A stretch of 64,000 nucleotides of DNA, from NCBI GenBank assembly GCA_051942205.1, contig JAVECO010000006.1, positions 62,001 through 126,000 on the forward strand. Direction: 5' to 3'. The stretch comes from Coniocarpon cinnabarinum (taxonomy: Eukaryota). A program made the position numbers and the translations under genes. The notes under the pieces were generated by a model that saw only the letters and a list, made by a program, of their open reading frames with translations, did not search any database and was not told the origin of the DNA. Below are positions 50,464 to 62,799 of this stretch, piece by piece (positions within the stretch are counted from its first letter, which is position 1; every line of letters starts with the position of its first letter).

Positions 50464-51145
50464 TTAGAGCCATACCCAGAATGTTACAAGGCATAGTATG
50501 AGCGACGCCAACGCCCCAGCGACTGGTAATTTTACAGCCCAAGCATCGCTCGACTGGCCAGAACCATTGCCGTTCAACAAGGCTCCACTTCCGTCCGTGG
50601 CACTGGCCGTAGGAGCCGCACTCGTCGTAGTGACGTGGTTCTCTACTTTCGGCTTGGAGGCTCCGCACTGACGGCTAGTGCGGCAGTTCGATTGACAGGC
50701 ATTGTCGCCCTGGTTGCAGTTGGCGATGCATTGGGTGCCCGATTCCTGGCACTCAAAGAAGGGGATTGTCTGAGTGTACTGTGTAGCGTTGGGGGAGACG
50801 TTGTTGGAACAGACGCATTGGTAACTCAGAGAGTCCTGGAGGCCTTGTTAGCGTGCATCTAAGATGACGTCTAGAGCGATTCAAGTCCTCGTCATCACTT
50901 ACGGCGTCGCAGCTGTTCTGAATGGTGCTGGTGTCATTGCCTGGGGTGGTATCACCGCAGATCAGAGGACACTGGGCTGTTTGCTGCTGGCACCAGTACT
51001 GGCGAGTACTGGAATCAACCGTATTCGGGTCGAGACCATAGTTGGAGGAAGGTGTGGAGGCGGAGGTGCTGGATGAGGTCGAGTTTTGAGCAGTGACGAG
51101 GGTGAGGATGGCGAATGTGGTGGCGATGGTCTTGATGAATTGCAT
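50464..51145 (-). CDS. Small secreted Cys-rich, probably GPI-anchored protein (DUF7707-like); intron 50836-50902
   Basis: Signal peptide; DPNTV..STRQYWCQQQTAQCPLIC..NSCD|..YQCVCSN..PN...YTQTIPFFEC..C..C...CQ..C....CGA; S/T stalk and hydrophobic C-terminus ending LVTFWVWL. Confidence 0.85.
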
Positions 51146-52580
51146 AGCGAATGTGATTTTCACCGACCAGCGGATATGGGTGCTACGATGGATTGAGTGG
51201 GCAGATTGTACAGCCCACTGGTGACGAAAAGGTGGAGGTTTGGTTGAATGTTGAACAACACGAACGCCGGGGTGGAAAGAGGGTTGTTGGACTAGATGTA
51301 GTTAAGATCTAGATGCAGAGAAGTGAAAGGTTGTGAGAAACGAAGGAAGATGTGGGTGGAATGGCGGTTTTACAAGCGGAGGGAAAAGGAAAAGGCTGGA
51401 GGAAGGGTGGATGTATGGGCAAGGGCAGACGGAGCTTGTGATGGCGAGAGAGGCATTAAAGGTCTCGCCCGGCGGAGGGCTGCTGTGTCGGGCAGTCGAG
51501 GCGGCGCTGGTGGAGACCAAAGACGCCCTCGCTCGTCGCGTTTGTCAGGAACAGGAAGGGACGAGCAAGCATGCTGAGCAGTGTGGTGTGAAAATGCCTC
51601 GTCCACATCCTAGGCGCCGGGTACGAGATGTACGGAGTATGTATGCAGACTAAAAAGAACGCAGGAGGGCGGGTATGGTCCCGGCGCAGGGTTTGAACAT
51701 GAGCTTGGGTTGGTCCGTCAAGTCAATTGGCATAGTACGGAGTATCAGCAGCTGGATGCCTCGAAGAACGTTCCAAAATGGTATTCGCCTCCCACGAGAC
51801 GGTGCACGCGATGGAAGACGGGATGAAGAGAGGAGTTTGTGGGCAAGAGTCATCTAAAACCCTCAATGCCGCCCACCAGATTTCTAGCGTGACAGCCTGC
51901 ATTGACGCTAATGCAAGATAGCCGCCCCGAGCGACCAGACGCCCTTTCTCCGCTTATCTCCTCTGGACCCTTAGTTTGTCTGCATTCTTCGTTAGAGAGG
52001 TACTTGAGATAGGTATCTATGAGACAGAAGCATGGTGACCTTTTTCTACTGAGGATTTTCTTCGCGCATTAACGACACTTTCACTACTCCAGCTGTCTTA
52101 CGGAGATGTGAGCCTCAATTTCGAAGACGATCCAGATCTTACAAATTTCGACCGCAGTTATCAAATGATTGCTGAATTGCGTGCCCTTGCATGTCCACAA
52201 TCCGCCATGCTCCAGACTCCAGACTCAACCCGTCCCTTTGCATCTGTGGCCCATCATTCCCGCGCAAGAGGTACAGTCCGGTGCATATACTTCACAATGC
52301 TCACCCTTGCAAGAATGCAGCGCGCCGTCAAATCTTGAATATGGCACGTGACTTGACTGCGACGGCTAATGCGCGGCAAGTGATTAGACGCCATACTCCG
52401 AGTCGTGTCACTTACTGACGCTCCATCTCCTTGTTCAATGATCTGGCCATAGCCCCTCAAAAAGTAGGAGCTTTCAAAGTTTGGCATGTTCACCACATGA
52501 ACTACCAGCGCAGAACGCAAAGCAGGACGCACGCTGTCTGACCGCCACTCAAGCCACAGCCATGGCTTACTGTTGAAGCT

Positions 52581-53596
52581 ATGTCCTCAGCCTCCAGTGT
52601 CGGCGCCACGCAACCTGCAAACGAAGCTACCCCGAAGGCTATATCGCGAAAGTCATTGTCCAGGACCTCTTCGGGACCTGCCGACCTGAGCTCTTCCATT
52701 GGCTCGACCAGGAGCTCCATCAAATCATCAAGATCGTCGAGGTGCGCAACCAGTTTCCTTGCGTGCGCCAATGAGGTCTTTGCGTCCTCTTCACTCTGAT
52801 GCATTCGTCTCGAGTCACTTTCTAGACTCTCACTACGTCTTGAGACTAGTCGTGCCTGATATGAAGCCTGTAGGTCTGCACAGCTTCCACAGGCACCTCC
52901 TTACTGGAATCAGCATAACCGGACCAGATCCAACGTCAGCTATGTCTCAGTAAATGCTCCAACTCGCCGACCTCCCATTCTTCTCGAAGATCACACGGAG
53001 GAGCATGATGAGAACGCCACTGGACTGTGGGCTCAAGGCGTTGTCATCGATGACTATCACGTTGTGAGTGCCGGCAACTTTGGTGCCGGATCTTACGTTG
53101 TATGGCACTGCAGCGTCAGAACTAATGTACGTTCTTCCCGACGGTGAAAGTCTGGCAAGATGGTGGAGCCGCGCAGCCCGCTCAAAGACCTGAAATTCGA
53201 TTGCAGAATTGTACTGAAATTTGAGCTCCTAGGGTAGCACCGTTGAAATAAGGAAGAGATACTCTGAATTCGACCTCTTGCGGACGCGCCTCATGCAAAC
53301 TTTTCCCCAATCTGACATTCCGGAGCTTCCTCCTAAAAGCTATGTCTGTGAGTATGCGGAATCAGAGTTCGAGCCAGCAACGGTTTCCCAGGGTCGGTCC
53401 CATTGAATGACTGTTCATTCAGCTCGCTTCCGCGCCAAGTTTCTCGAAAGCCGTCGGGAGGGGCTTCAGTACTTCCTGAAGTAAGTCACTGTCTTCTATT
53501 CTAAAGCTTTGTGAAGTGTTGACGTAATTCAGTTGCGTGCTTCTGAACCCCGAATTTGCGAGCTCTCCGGTGCTGAAAGCTTTCATATTTGCCTGA
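52581..53596 (+). CDS. YPT35: PX-domain endosomal/vacuolar adaptor Ypt35; introns 52742-52873, 53127-53232, 53348-53422, 53481-53532
   Basis: Mostly missed by the ORF track. Spliced: APPYW..ILLEDHTE..GLWAQGVVIDDY..GSYVVW..IRKRYSEF..FP..PELPPKS..RFRAKFLESRREGLQYFLNCVLLNPEF..SPVLKAF. The first exon is less certain. Confidence 0.88.
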
Positions 53597-54186
53597 CGAG
53601 AAGGTGATGAGAAGATGCTGTCCTTGTATTTATCAGGGTGTTTCCTGCTCCTGTCCACGTCTATGTACAGTCGCACTGCTTGGCACATCATTCTGGAGAT
53701 GCTGTTTAATATAATAGTCTGTACCTTGCCTACAGGCGAATGTATGTACTGCGAGATTTGTATTACAAGCTGATTGTTTGGCGAGTAGATATAGAGTACT
53801 CGTGAATGATGCATAATGTTCAGAGGTCAAGGACAGCTCACTCGACAAATACGATGCGTCAGCACACATAGACTTAGAGCCTAGTAAACACGTGTCCACT
53901 GTCTTAGTCAAAGGCAATTTCGAGTATTCATGTGACTTGGGGGAGTATGCGGCTTGGTCCGAAAAGGGGTTGGGGGTAAATAATGACGTGGTTTCATGTG
54001 TCAAGCCGTATCTAACCACCTCCCAACAAAAGCCTGCCGCTGCGCTCCCTGCCTTTGCTATCCGTCTGATGTCACTTCTACGTGCAGGAGGCAGAAGGGC
54101 GCATTGCCTTGAATAGCCGTTGGCGGATCAAAATGATGCTCCAGCTCAGCATCCCGCAGTGTTTACTGCTCCTGACCAAAGACAAG

Positions 54187-55584
54187 ATGGTCAACTCAAA
54201 CCGTGGACCCAAGGGTCGCTTCGTCAACCACAACGTACATACACATACAGAAAACCCATCTAGTCCTAAAGAAGCATTGCAAAACGCAGAGCGCCCAAGC
54301 AAGAGACGGCGTCTGGACGACGGCTGTTCAAAGCCGCTTGCCAAATCACCTACACCCAATACTCCAAATACATCAGCGCCGCGAAGCCCTGCTCGGAAGC
54401 AGCTCAACCGGTCTCACCGATCGAGATCATGCAAGTCCGCGTCAGATGTCGCCGCTTCGGACACAACACCTGCCAAGACCGATGAAAAACGGACCTTGCG
54501 CTCTCAAGATGCCACACGCCGAAGGAGCGACCTTCTTAACTTCTTCGCCGACTTCGAGACCATCACATTTGGCCCTAGCCGAGCCGATGGTATGCATGGG
54601 TCCTCGTAAGCCTGGGCACTTCTTTGCTGACGATTTTTAGACACCGTCTATGAGTATACTCGGCTCATGATTACTGAAGAGCCTCCCCAGGCGAGCCTTA
54701 TACACAAGCTGGATGACAGCATACCCACACCTCTCTCTGCTGTGCGCCATTTCAAAAATTCAATATATACAGGGCACGAATCATCAACTGCAGCTCCGTC
54801 TCCGTCCCCGATGAATAAAAAGACGAAGCAACAGGCACAACGAATATTTCAAAAAATCAGGCTTCCACCTAGAGATAAATTCAGAAATGCGGCTCCAGGT
54901 GACCCACTTTCAGATGAAATCTATGATGCTGCGCATAGACGAGGCGAGAGAAAAGAGAAGCAAGCGCGGAACTGGGAGAAGGAACGAGCGCTTCATGAAA
55001 AGAGTGAATTGGAAAGGCTCCTCCAGGGACTGAAGGGACAGGACTGGCTCAAGACGATGGGTATCATCAACGCCTCAGAACACGATACCAAGCATTATAT
55101 AACCAAGCGAAACATCTTCATCAAGAGGGCACAAAGCATGTTAGACCGATACGCAGCATGGAACCAGCGTGACAGACAACTGAAGCTTGAGAAAGAGCAA
55201 CGTCTGGCGGAAGAAGAGGACGAGTCGTCCAGTGATGATAGCGACAGCCGAACATCAGCAACAATATCAGCAAGTGAGGAGAACGAACGCCTAAAACGTG
55301 TGGGTGGCAAAAGGAAAGCTCCGGACCAACAATCAATGGAGCAGAAAAAACCCCAGCAGCAGCATCTTGCGGAGCAGAAGGAATTCAAGTCTTTCTTCGA
55401 GAAGCCGCACATGCGGGAAGCAGCAATGAAGAGTCATCGGCGAGGCAGGCATGTGCTTGCGTTTGGTTTACCAATACCAGCTTTACCTGAGGTGGCCGAC
55501 TTCGACTTACCTCAAGATATCACGACACACAAAAAGGCGACATTCCCGTTACAGGAATCATCAACGATTGATGTGAAAGACTAG
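54187..55584 (+). CDS. SAS4: SAS4-domain protein (SAS acetyltransferase complex subunit); intron 54590-54640
   Basis: RTLRSQD, DPLSDEIY..AHRRGERKEKQARNWEKERALHEK..L..L.GQDW...MGI, FKSFFEKPHMR, AFG.PIP. Confidence 0.82.
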
Positions 55585-56189
55585 AGACACATAGCGTAGC
55601 CCTTGCTGCAGTGCTCACAGGAGATTCAACGATTAGAATACAGTTGTACGATTAATGGAGGACATGAACCTCTTTTGAATGTTTGAATAACCTTGCCCAA
55701 ATGCTGAATTCGCAAGTACCTATACGGTTACTACTGGAAGTAACTTGAGAGGGAACATGCCGTCTTCCTGTTTCTTGGATTTGACGCGAGGCCTAACAGC
55801 TAGATGCCTCCCAGGTACAGAGTCACGAGAGTCACCTTGCCGTACAATGAGCGAGCTCGGAGTTAATTTCGGGTTTAGAGAAGCGCGTTCCGCTTGACAT
55901 CTCTCAAGCTTCTCACTTTCTTCACTTGTTCCATCACAATTCTTACCTACCCTCGCTCCGCGCACAGGCATTTTACAACACGCCCGCAAAGTTCAGCAGT
56001 GGACTGGAAGCTACTCCACCCTGCAACTCGCCCAAGAGAGTCCGTTCGTTTGTTAAAACGCCGTGTCTTCAGCCGTTCGCGTTCATGCAGCTCCTTTAAA
56101 TCGCAAACGTATTCGACCTATACGGCAGGCTGTGGCACTGATCTTCAAGCCGCTTTGAGCATCGTGCCTGGCCTGCCGGTCAAGTGAAC

Positions 56190-59100
56190 ATGGACCAACC
56201 TGCCGAGCCGATCACGCCCGCCGTATCTTCCGTCGCTCGCGAGTTTAGTGTCTTGCGCCAGAAGCTCACCTTTGACATTGACTTGTTACATCAGTCCATA
56301 AAGGGCGAGACCGAAATCACTGTCGCGCCACTGACAGGCGCACTCAAAGAAATCCGCCTTCATTGCCGTCAATGCGACATCCTCTCCGTGACGGTCGAGG
56401 GCAAGCCTGCGAACATACAATACAATGATCCATACCGATCGGTAGCGCCTCACCCAGGTTGGGGCATTAAACAGCATCATCTGTACAAAGAGCGACTGGG
56501 AGCTTTCTTTGGGGACAATGCGCGCGAAGAGCTGGTCATCGAATTACCAAAGACCGTCAAAGTCAAAGAGTCAACAACAGGGGGAATTGGAGATGGAGTT
56601 CTTGGCCGGTCGAAGCCAGGTATTCCTGCAACTCCTGCTGGACTGCCAGAGACACCCATTGTTGGTGGCGCGGAGCTACAAACGGACTATCAATCCCTTT
56701 CACTGAAGATTCGGTTTGCAATCAAGGACGTGAGAGATGGCGTTCACTTCGTAGGCCTCTCAAAGGGTGACAGCCGATATCCATGTGTCTATACTCTCAA
56801 CAGTACTTTTCCCGGGTCAGCCTGCTGTCTCTTCCCGTGCCTAGACGATTCCACAGAGCGTTCAGAATGGGAGATCAGTGTAAGATGTGCTAAAACACTG
56901 GGCAGTGCGCTTGGGTTAAAGAATGCTGATCCAGCTGCTGCGGTCACAGAAGGCTTAGAGGATCAATCCGCGGACTCACAAAAGGATTTTGGCCTTAATG
57001 AGCAGGAACGCGCAATGGATCTCGCTGTCATTTGTTCTGGTCAGTTTGAGGACGAATCGGACGATCCATCTGACGAGACTCGAAAGATCGTGACTTATAG
57101 TACTGGTGACATCTACTGCTCTGCTAATCAAGTAGGATTTGCTGTGGGCCCTTTCGAGCAAGTGGATATATCAGATCTCAGGGAGGTCGACGAAGACGAC
57201 AAGCTGGCCGAAGATGCTGTGCAAGTAGTTGCATACTGTCAGCCAGGTCGTGCCGCGGAAGTCAAGAATACAATATTACCGTTGGCAACGGCCGTCGACT
57301 TCTTCACTGAGCGATACACCAGGTTCTTCTATCCTTGCTATTCTATGTGCTTTCTCGACGATCTACCGCAAGACTCCGTGACCACCGCCGGCCTCTCGTT
57401 TCTAAGCACCCGGCTCCTATTTCCCCAGGACATCATTGACCAGATCTACGAAACCACACATAAAGTAGTTCATGCACTCGCCACGCAGTATGCAGGAATA
57501 GGCGTAACTGCTCGAGAGCCTGCTGACAACTGGTGCATCATTGGCATGGCATATTTCATGGCAGACATGTTTATGAAGAGCCTCTGCGGCAACAATGAAT
57601 ATCGCTTCAGGCAAAAGCTTGCTGTTGACCGCATCATCGAGCTTGATCGAGACCGGCCCTCACTGCACAGCTCCGGAGCTCTTCTCCATCTCGATCCATC
57701 TGAGTCAGAGTTCGTTGCCTTGAAATCCGCTGTCGTCCTCTTCATCCTTGACCGGCGCTTGACTAAGTCGAGCACGTCCTCGGGAGTCTCCCGCATCATC
57801 AACCGAACCCTCACGGCTACGAAAGGTGGAGATGCAGAAGCGACGCTGCTCACAACCGGGCAATTCCAAAAGACTTGCGAGCGTACAGGTCATGCCAAGC
57901 TGGACACCTTCTTCAATCAGTGGGTCTATGGAGCCGGATATCCCATCTTCAGAGTCAATCAGCGCTTCAACAAGAAAAAGCTGGTCGTGGAAATGCAGAT
58001 CGAGCAAACCCAAATTCCAGATGACGACAAAGCGCCTCCGCCTACCTCCGAATTGAATCCAGATTACTTTCTCCGCGACGTCAACGAGGATCTCAATGAA
58101 GTGTACGTCGATAAGGCGGCGCCCTTCAAAGGCCCTATGACTATCCGGATCCATGAAGCTGACGGTACGCCTTACGAGCACATCGTGGACATTGATGGAA
58201 AAAAATCACAAAAGCTCGAGGTCCCATATAACACTAAATACAAGCGGCTAAAACGCAACCGACGTGGTCAGAAGGACACATCCAAAAACGCCAATGCGCA
58301 GAACCAAGCGCAGGTTGCTGAGGACAAGGACGAGCCTCTCTTATATTGTTTGGGCGACGTCTTGCAGTCCGAAAAAGACGTCAAAGATTGGCAATTGTGG
58401 GAGTGGGCTCCTGAGCAAGAGAAGGAAATGAGCGAAGACTCGTATGAGTGGATCCGAATGGATGCTGACTTTGAATGGATTTGCAAGCTTGAAATAAATT
58501 TGCAGCCCTGGATGTTCGTCTCGCAATTACAGCAGGATAGAGATGTGGTGGCACAATATGAATCGCTAGAATACATGGCTAAACAAAATGCTCACCCCCT
58601 GATCTCAACCTTCCTTACCAGAACCATCATGGATAGCCGATACTTCCATGGCATACGAACACGGGCTGTCTCGTTGCTTCCTAACGTTGCCAAGGAGCCC
58701 GTTGGATGGATTGGGCTTTTTCATCTGCGGAAAATCTTCCAGGAACTGTTCTGCTCCGGAGAATATCAAGCACGCCCGAATGACTTTTCTGACCGTGCTC
58801 AATACCTGCTCCAGCTTGCACTGCCAAAGGCCTTGGCCAGAGTGCGTGACAATGCAGGTCAGGTTCCACTGAACGTCAAGCGACTTTTTGTGGACACCAT
58901 CAAGTTCAATGACAATTCCCAGAATGACATCTCGGACTGCTACTGGATAACAACGCTCATGTCATGTCTAGCCGACGTTCTCGTCAAGTCTCCAGATCAT
59001 CCCACTAATGTACTGACATCCGATTCTCAAGAAGAGGAAGACGCTTTTCGCAAAGCTGCTATAGGAGAGATTGAACGATATCGGCGTATCGACGAATGGA

Positions 59101-61187
59101 TCTCGTCATTCCAAAACCTGTATTCAAGGACCGCCTTAGACTGCTTGCTTCGATTATCACTGTCAGATGTTTTGCAACCAAAGGTCGCAGACTTCTTGCA
59201 GTACACGAGACAAGGCAACGCAGACGAGCTCCGTCTGCAGGCTTTTCGTTGCCTTGTGGACCTCGGAAAGCTGAAACACGGCCCAATCATCAAATACATT
59301 TTGCACTGCATGGCAAATGATCCGTCACCTTATATGCGTCAACAAATTCTGAGCATATTCGGACGTGGGTTAGGACTTGTCGCGATTGGGGAGAATGAAT
59401 CAAGCAAACCCAAGCAAGATGTCTCTGAAGGTCTAATCATCGAAGAAGGAACAACGGAAGATCGCGCTCAAGACAAAGCCAGAAGAACCACGATAGAGGG
59501 CGCAATTCAAGCATTAAAAGCGGAAATTGGCGAAAGCGAACCCCTTGCTGATGGTCTGTGGACAGCGATTACATCTCCTAGTCTAACGTTGCAGGAGGTG
59601 TGGCAGCTCTTCAGCATTCCTGAGATCCTCTACGAAACGCAAGACACTCTTATGGTAAAGCTCAAGTACCCCCGATACTACAGCGTTTCGTATAGAGGTG
59701 ACGGCAAGTTTACCTTCAGCAAGACCCGCGTTCGTACAGAGAAGATGCGAGTCGCAGCTCCAGTCAAAGGTGAAAGACCCCCAGCAGCAGCTCGCAAGCC
59801 GAGTATGAAGATCACCTTCCCCGGTCGGAGCGCCAGCAGTCTAATTGACCCCGGTGCATTGACAGGAGGATCCTCTGCAAAGGCGCCAACTTCGGCTCAG
59901 ACCCCATCTCTCCATTTGACCATGCCACCGCCCGCTCAACGGCCCACACCCGCATCAGAAAAGCCACCAATAAAGACTGAAATCAGCCCAGATCTCGAGC
60001 GAAGGAAGTCTTTAGGTCTGTCGCGGCCGAGTAAGATAGTGAAGCTTCGAGTACCACAGCTTAAAAACCCCGCTGTCCAAGAACGTCTTGCGAAGATTGT
60101 GCCCAGGACTGCTCCAGCATCTGATTCCCAGCCAAAGCGGATTAAGCTATCCGTGGGCAATGATATCAAGACAGAGGAGTCCAGTCCAAAGAAGTTCGCG
60201 CCGATTGAGGCTTCATCACCTCTTCCCCTCCAACACCGGGCGGGCACTCCATCAGACCAGCGGCGGCCGTCGACCGCTTCGTCCAGCTCTAGCAAACGAG
60301 GGCAGAAGCGCAAGTCAAGCGAGCGCGAGACTCCTGTACACGCAGGCGGCCATGGAGACTACTTTATGGATGCCAATGGCAATCTTGCCGGTGAACCTCA
60401 ACCCAAGAAGTCGAGGAAGTCTGGAGAACATCAGCGCAGTCAAACGCCAGGTGCTCCTTCAGCACCCACCGCTTCGTATGGGCCAGTCGCGTCAGCCACT
60501 TCACCACAATTTGGTGCTTGGGATACGCCCACAGCCGGAGCATCCAGCGGGAATGCAAGCATGCAGTTTGGAGCTTGGGATAGCGGCGAGAAGCCTCGTT
60601 CTAACGAAGTCCACGTGAATGGCAATGCTGAGAGAAGCCAAACGCCAGGCACGCCCGTCCGGCGGCCAAGCAAAATCGTCAAGCTCAAAATGCCAGGTGC
60701 TCGGGCAGAGAAGCCAGCCTCACACACCGCCTCGGTCTCGCAGTCACAGATGGATTCACAAAAAGTCGAAGCTCCTTCTTCGGCTCCCGCACCTTCGAGT
60801 ATAGGAGAGCCACTATATGGATCCCTGGACGGGACCATGGACCTAGCGCAGGTCACCGCGGAGTCGCCAACGTTGACAGACAACACAGGCGGCCCAAGTG
60901 CTGATATGACAGCCATCGGTGCCGGTGTTGGTGATGCCGTCCAACATCATAGCGCTCATATCAACCCCGACTCAACTAGCGCCGGCGCAGCGAATGTTTT
61001 GAACGGTGGCAATGCAGGTGACAGTGATGATGAGGATGACCTACCCATGGCACTCAGCCGTGCTAATGGACAAGTCAAGCAACTCAACAGCGGTCCAGTA
61101 CCTGGCGGTCAAGCTAGCAACAACACGGTGATTTTGCAAACAACTACGGACGAGCTTACGACGCAGGACAGTAACGGCAACGTGTAG
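56190..61187 (+). CDS. TAF2: TFIID subunit 2
   Basis: M1-aminopeptidase-like fold: LHCRQC, FPCLDD, GFAVGPFE, GNNEYRF, QWVYGAG, GPMTIRIHEADGTPYEH, YEWIRMDADFEW, QLQQDRDVVAQ. Intronless. Confidence 0.96.
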   Translation: MDQPAEPITPAVSSVAREFSVLRQKLTFDIDLLHQSIKGETEITVAPLTGALKEIRLHCRQCDILSVTVEGKPANIQYNDPYRSVAPHPGWGIKQHHLYKERLGAFFGDNAREELVIELPKTVKVKESTTGGIGDGVLGRSKPGIPATPAGLPETPIVGGAELQTDYQSLSLKIRFAIKDVRDGVHFVGLSKGDSRYPCVYTLNSTFPGSACCLFPCLDDSTERSEWEISVRCAKTLGSALGLKNADPAAAVTEGLEDQSADSQKDFGLNEQERAMDLAVICSGQFEDESDDPSDETRKIVTYSTGDIYCSANQVGFAVGPFEQVDISDLREVDEDDKLAEDAVQVVAYCQPGRAAEVKNTILPLATAVDFFTERYTRFFYPCYSMCFLDDLPQDSVTTAGLSFLSTRLLFPQDIIDQIYETTHKVVHALATQYAGIGVTAREPADNWCIIGMAYFMADMFMKSLCGNNEYRFRQKLAVDRIIELDRDRPSLHSSGALLHLDPSESEFVALKSAVVLFILDRRLTKSSTSSGVSRIINRTLTATKGGDAEATLLTTGQFQKTCERTGHAKLDTFFNQWVYGAGYPIFRVNQRFNKKKLVVEMQIEQTQIPDDDKAPPPTSELNPDYFLRDVNEDLNEVYVDKAAPFKGPMTIRIHEADGTPYEHIVDIDGKKSQKLEVPYNTKYKRLKRNRRGQKDTSKNANAQNQAQVAEDKDEPLLYCLGDVLQSEKDVKDWQLWEWAPEQEKEMSEDSYEWIRMDADFEWICKLEINLQPWMFVSQLQQDRDVVAQYESLEYMAKQNAHPLISTFLTRTIMDSRYFHGIRTRAVSLLPNVAKEPVGWIGLFHLRKIFQELFCSGEYQARPNDFSDRAQYLLQLALPKALARVRDNAGQVPLNVKRLFVDTIKFNDNSQNDISDCYWITTLMSCLADVLVKSPDHPTNVLTSDSQEEEDAFRKAAIGEIERYRRIDEWISSFQNLYSRTALDCLLRLSLSDVLQPKVADFLQYTRQGNADELRLQAFRCLVDLGKLKHGPIIKYILHCMANDPSPYMRQQILSIFGRGLGLVAIGENESSKPKQDVSEGLIIEEGTTEDRAQDKARRTTIEGAIQALKAEIGESEPLADGLWTAITSPSLTLQEVWQLFSIPEILYETQDTLMVKLKYPRYYSVSYRGDGKFTFSKTRVRTEKMRVAAPVKGERPPAAARKPSMKITFPGRSASSLIDPGALTGGSSAKAPTSAQTPSLHLTMPPPAQRPTPASEKPPIKTEISPDLERRKSLGLSRPSKIVKLRVPQLKNPAVQERLAKIVPRTAPASDSQPKRIKLSVGNDIKTEESSPKKFAPIEASSPLPLQHRAGTPSDQRRPSTASSSSSKRGQKRKSSERETPVHAGGHGDYFMDANGNLAGEPQPKKSRKSGEHQRSQTPGAPSAPTASYGPVASATSPQFGAWDTPTAGASSGNASMQFGAWDSGEKPRSNEVHVNGNAERSQTPGTPVRRPSKIVKLKMPGARAEKPASHTASVSQSQMDSQKVEAPSSAPAPSSIGEPLYGSLDGTMDLAQVTAESPTLTDNTGGPSADMTAIGAGVGDAVQHHSAHINPDSTSAGAANVLNGGNAGDSDDEDDLPMALSRANGQVKQLNSGPVPGGQASNNTVILQTTTDELTTQDSNGNV

Positions 61188-61763
61188 AACATAAAGTCTA
61201 CTTTCCACCGCACAAGACAACGTTTGGGCTGCCGAAGAAAACAAAGTTCAGGGTGAGCGTTCATACAGGATTCTGCCCTTCCCCCTGGCCTCAAACAATT
61301 ACTCATTATCTCAAAGCTTTTTTCAAATTTCATTGGTTCAACAGGGATTTCATCAGTCGTTTTGAGCGTGGCGTTGGTGGCTTGGAAATGCGTAATTACG
61401 GACGCACGATCATTTCGGCTCAGTGCCTAGCTTGCATTGGAAGGCGTTTGCATATGAAGAGGAAGACTTTGTAAGATACCCAGTCAATGAGGATTTGAGC
61501 GTCGAACGACTCGCTCGCTTGACGCATCTATGAATGATATTCGAGACCGCTTGGTCGGTATTCCTACCTCCGTCACACATCTTATTTATTGTGATAGTCG
61601 TAACCGTACCTGCCGTGTCATATGGTGGGTATCTGCATCAACGAATGACCTCTTCTTGCTTCATGTCCACATCAAGATCTGTTAAGTCATACCTGCTCGC
61701 TATCTTGCTCCGCCTTCCATCTGGCGTAGATTAAATTCGCGCTTCGCGGAGCATCCTGCGATT

Positions 61764-62456
61764 CTACCGACCGACCCCTCGTCTCTCAACACGAGGCAAC
61801 GCCGCGCTCGCATTCCGCATCCCGCGTCCCCTCCCCTCCCGTCCAAGTATCCTCTCCCGTCGCTCCCTCGCCCGGTCTCCTGCTCTCCCGGCCTGTCCCT
61901 GTCCTGCGTCATCCTCTCTCTGATCCCCGCCGTTCTCCTCTTCGCCCTCCTCTTCGGCAATCTCTTCCTCGTTTCCTTGCCGATTCGCACTCGCATTCGC
62001 GTGCGCGCTTGCCCCCAGATTCACACGTCGAGAAGCCCGCGCCCGACTCCGCGCGAGAAACGTATCATCCGCTTCTGCTTCGTCTTCCTCTTCGTCTGCA
62101 GCATCACCTCCCATGCCCGTTCCATTCGCGCGGCCATCTTCCGAGACTGAAGGCGATTCCTCAAATGACACAGGGCTCGAAGAGTCCGAGTTGTTTTCTT
62201 TGGCGGGGTCGTCGTCGCCTTGGGCGGAGAGATTGGCTGACATGTTGAGGTCCATGTCTGGTTCGGTAGGGGTGGAGGGATGTCCTGGAGCGGTGGTGGG
62301 AGGAGGATGTCGGTCGTGGTTTGTGGGTTGGAGGTGTTGTGAGGGGAGGATGGTGCTCTGTGCGTATTTGGCGGAGAGGCGCTGGGCGCGGCGGGCGGTG
62401 TAGGTGTGGATGTCGGCGGTTGTGAGGGTCAGTGTGGTGGGGGGACGGCGGAGCAT
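61764..62456 (-). CDS. CDC26: APC/C subunit Cdc26-family protein
   Basis: Diagnostic N-terminus MLRRPPTTLTLT..DI..Y, and RERI near the C-terminus. Confidence 0.8.
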   Translation of the reverse strand: MLRRPPTTLTLTTADIHTYTARRAQRLSAKYAQSTILPSQHLQPTNHDRHPPPTTAPGHPSTPTEPDMDLNMSANLSAQGDDDPAKENNSDSSSPVSFEESPSVSEDGRANGTGMGGDAADEEEDEAEADDTFLARSRARASRRVNLGASAHANASANRQGNEEEIAEEEGEEENGGDQREDDAGQGQAGRAGDRARERRERILGREGRGRGMRNASAALPRVERRGVGR

Positions 62457-62799
62457 GGCGTCTGATGTTGAGTGTCTTTAGAACTCTTCGACGTGAATAT
62501 GGCAATGAGTGTATAGGCAAGATAATGTATTCTTTAGCGATGATGGTGCATGCACAGAAGTGCTTACTGAGCAGCCTTCCAGAGCATACTGCACGTGAAT
62601 GAGCTAAATGGATCTTCATGGCCCGAGTCATGGCGCGTGAATGTCACGCCTGGCAGGGTCAGCCATGTGATTTGGTGAGCATCATCTGGAATTTCGAAAG
62701 CCTAAGACGCCTACTCCTGTGGTTATAATACCAATACTTGATCGCCGACCCGTCAGATAGCCATAAAAGGAGAGCGACGTCTGCAAACGCGTTCTGTGT

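Noticed and set aside
50836..50902. Box C-like GTGATGA in the intron of the GPI protein gene
   Set aside because: Overlaps the splice donor, has no box D (CTGA), and the intron is too short for a snoRNA
52502..52804. Protein-like minus-strand ORF (MHQSEEDAK...)
   Set aside because: Antisense shadow of the Ser-rich first exon and intron of YPT35; I could not build a consistent spliced model
53127..53232. Possible 3-nt microexon (AAG-ATG-GTG) or nested intron in YPT35 intron 2
   Set aside because: The upstream intron would be only 33 nt and the donor GTGGAG is poor; the alternative acceptor at 53206 leads to a stop
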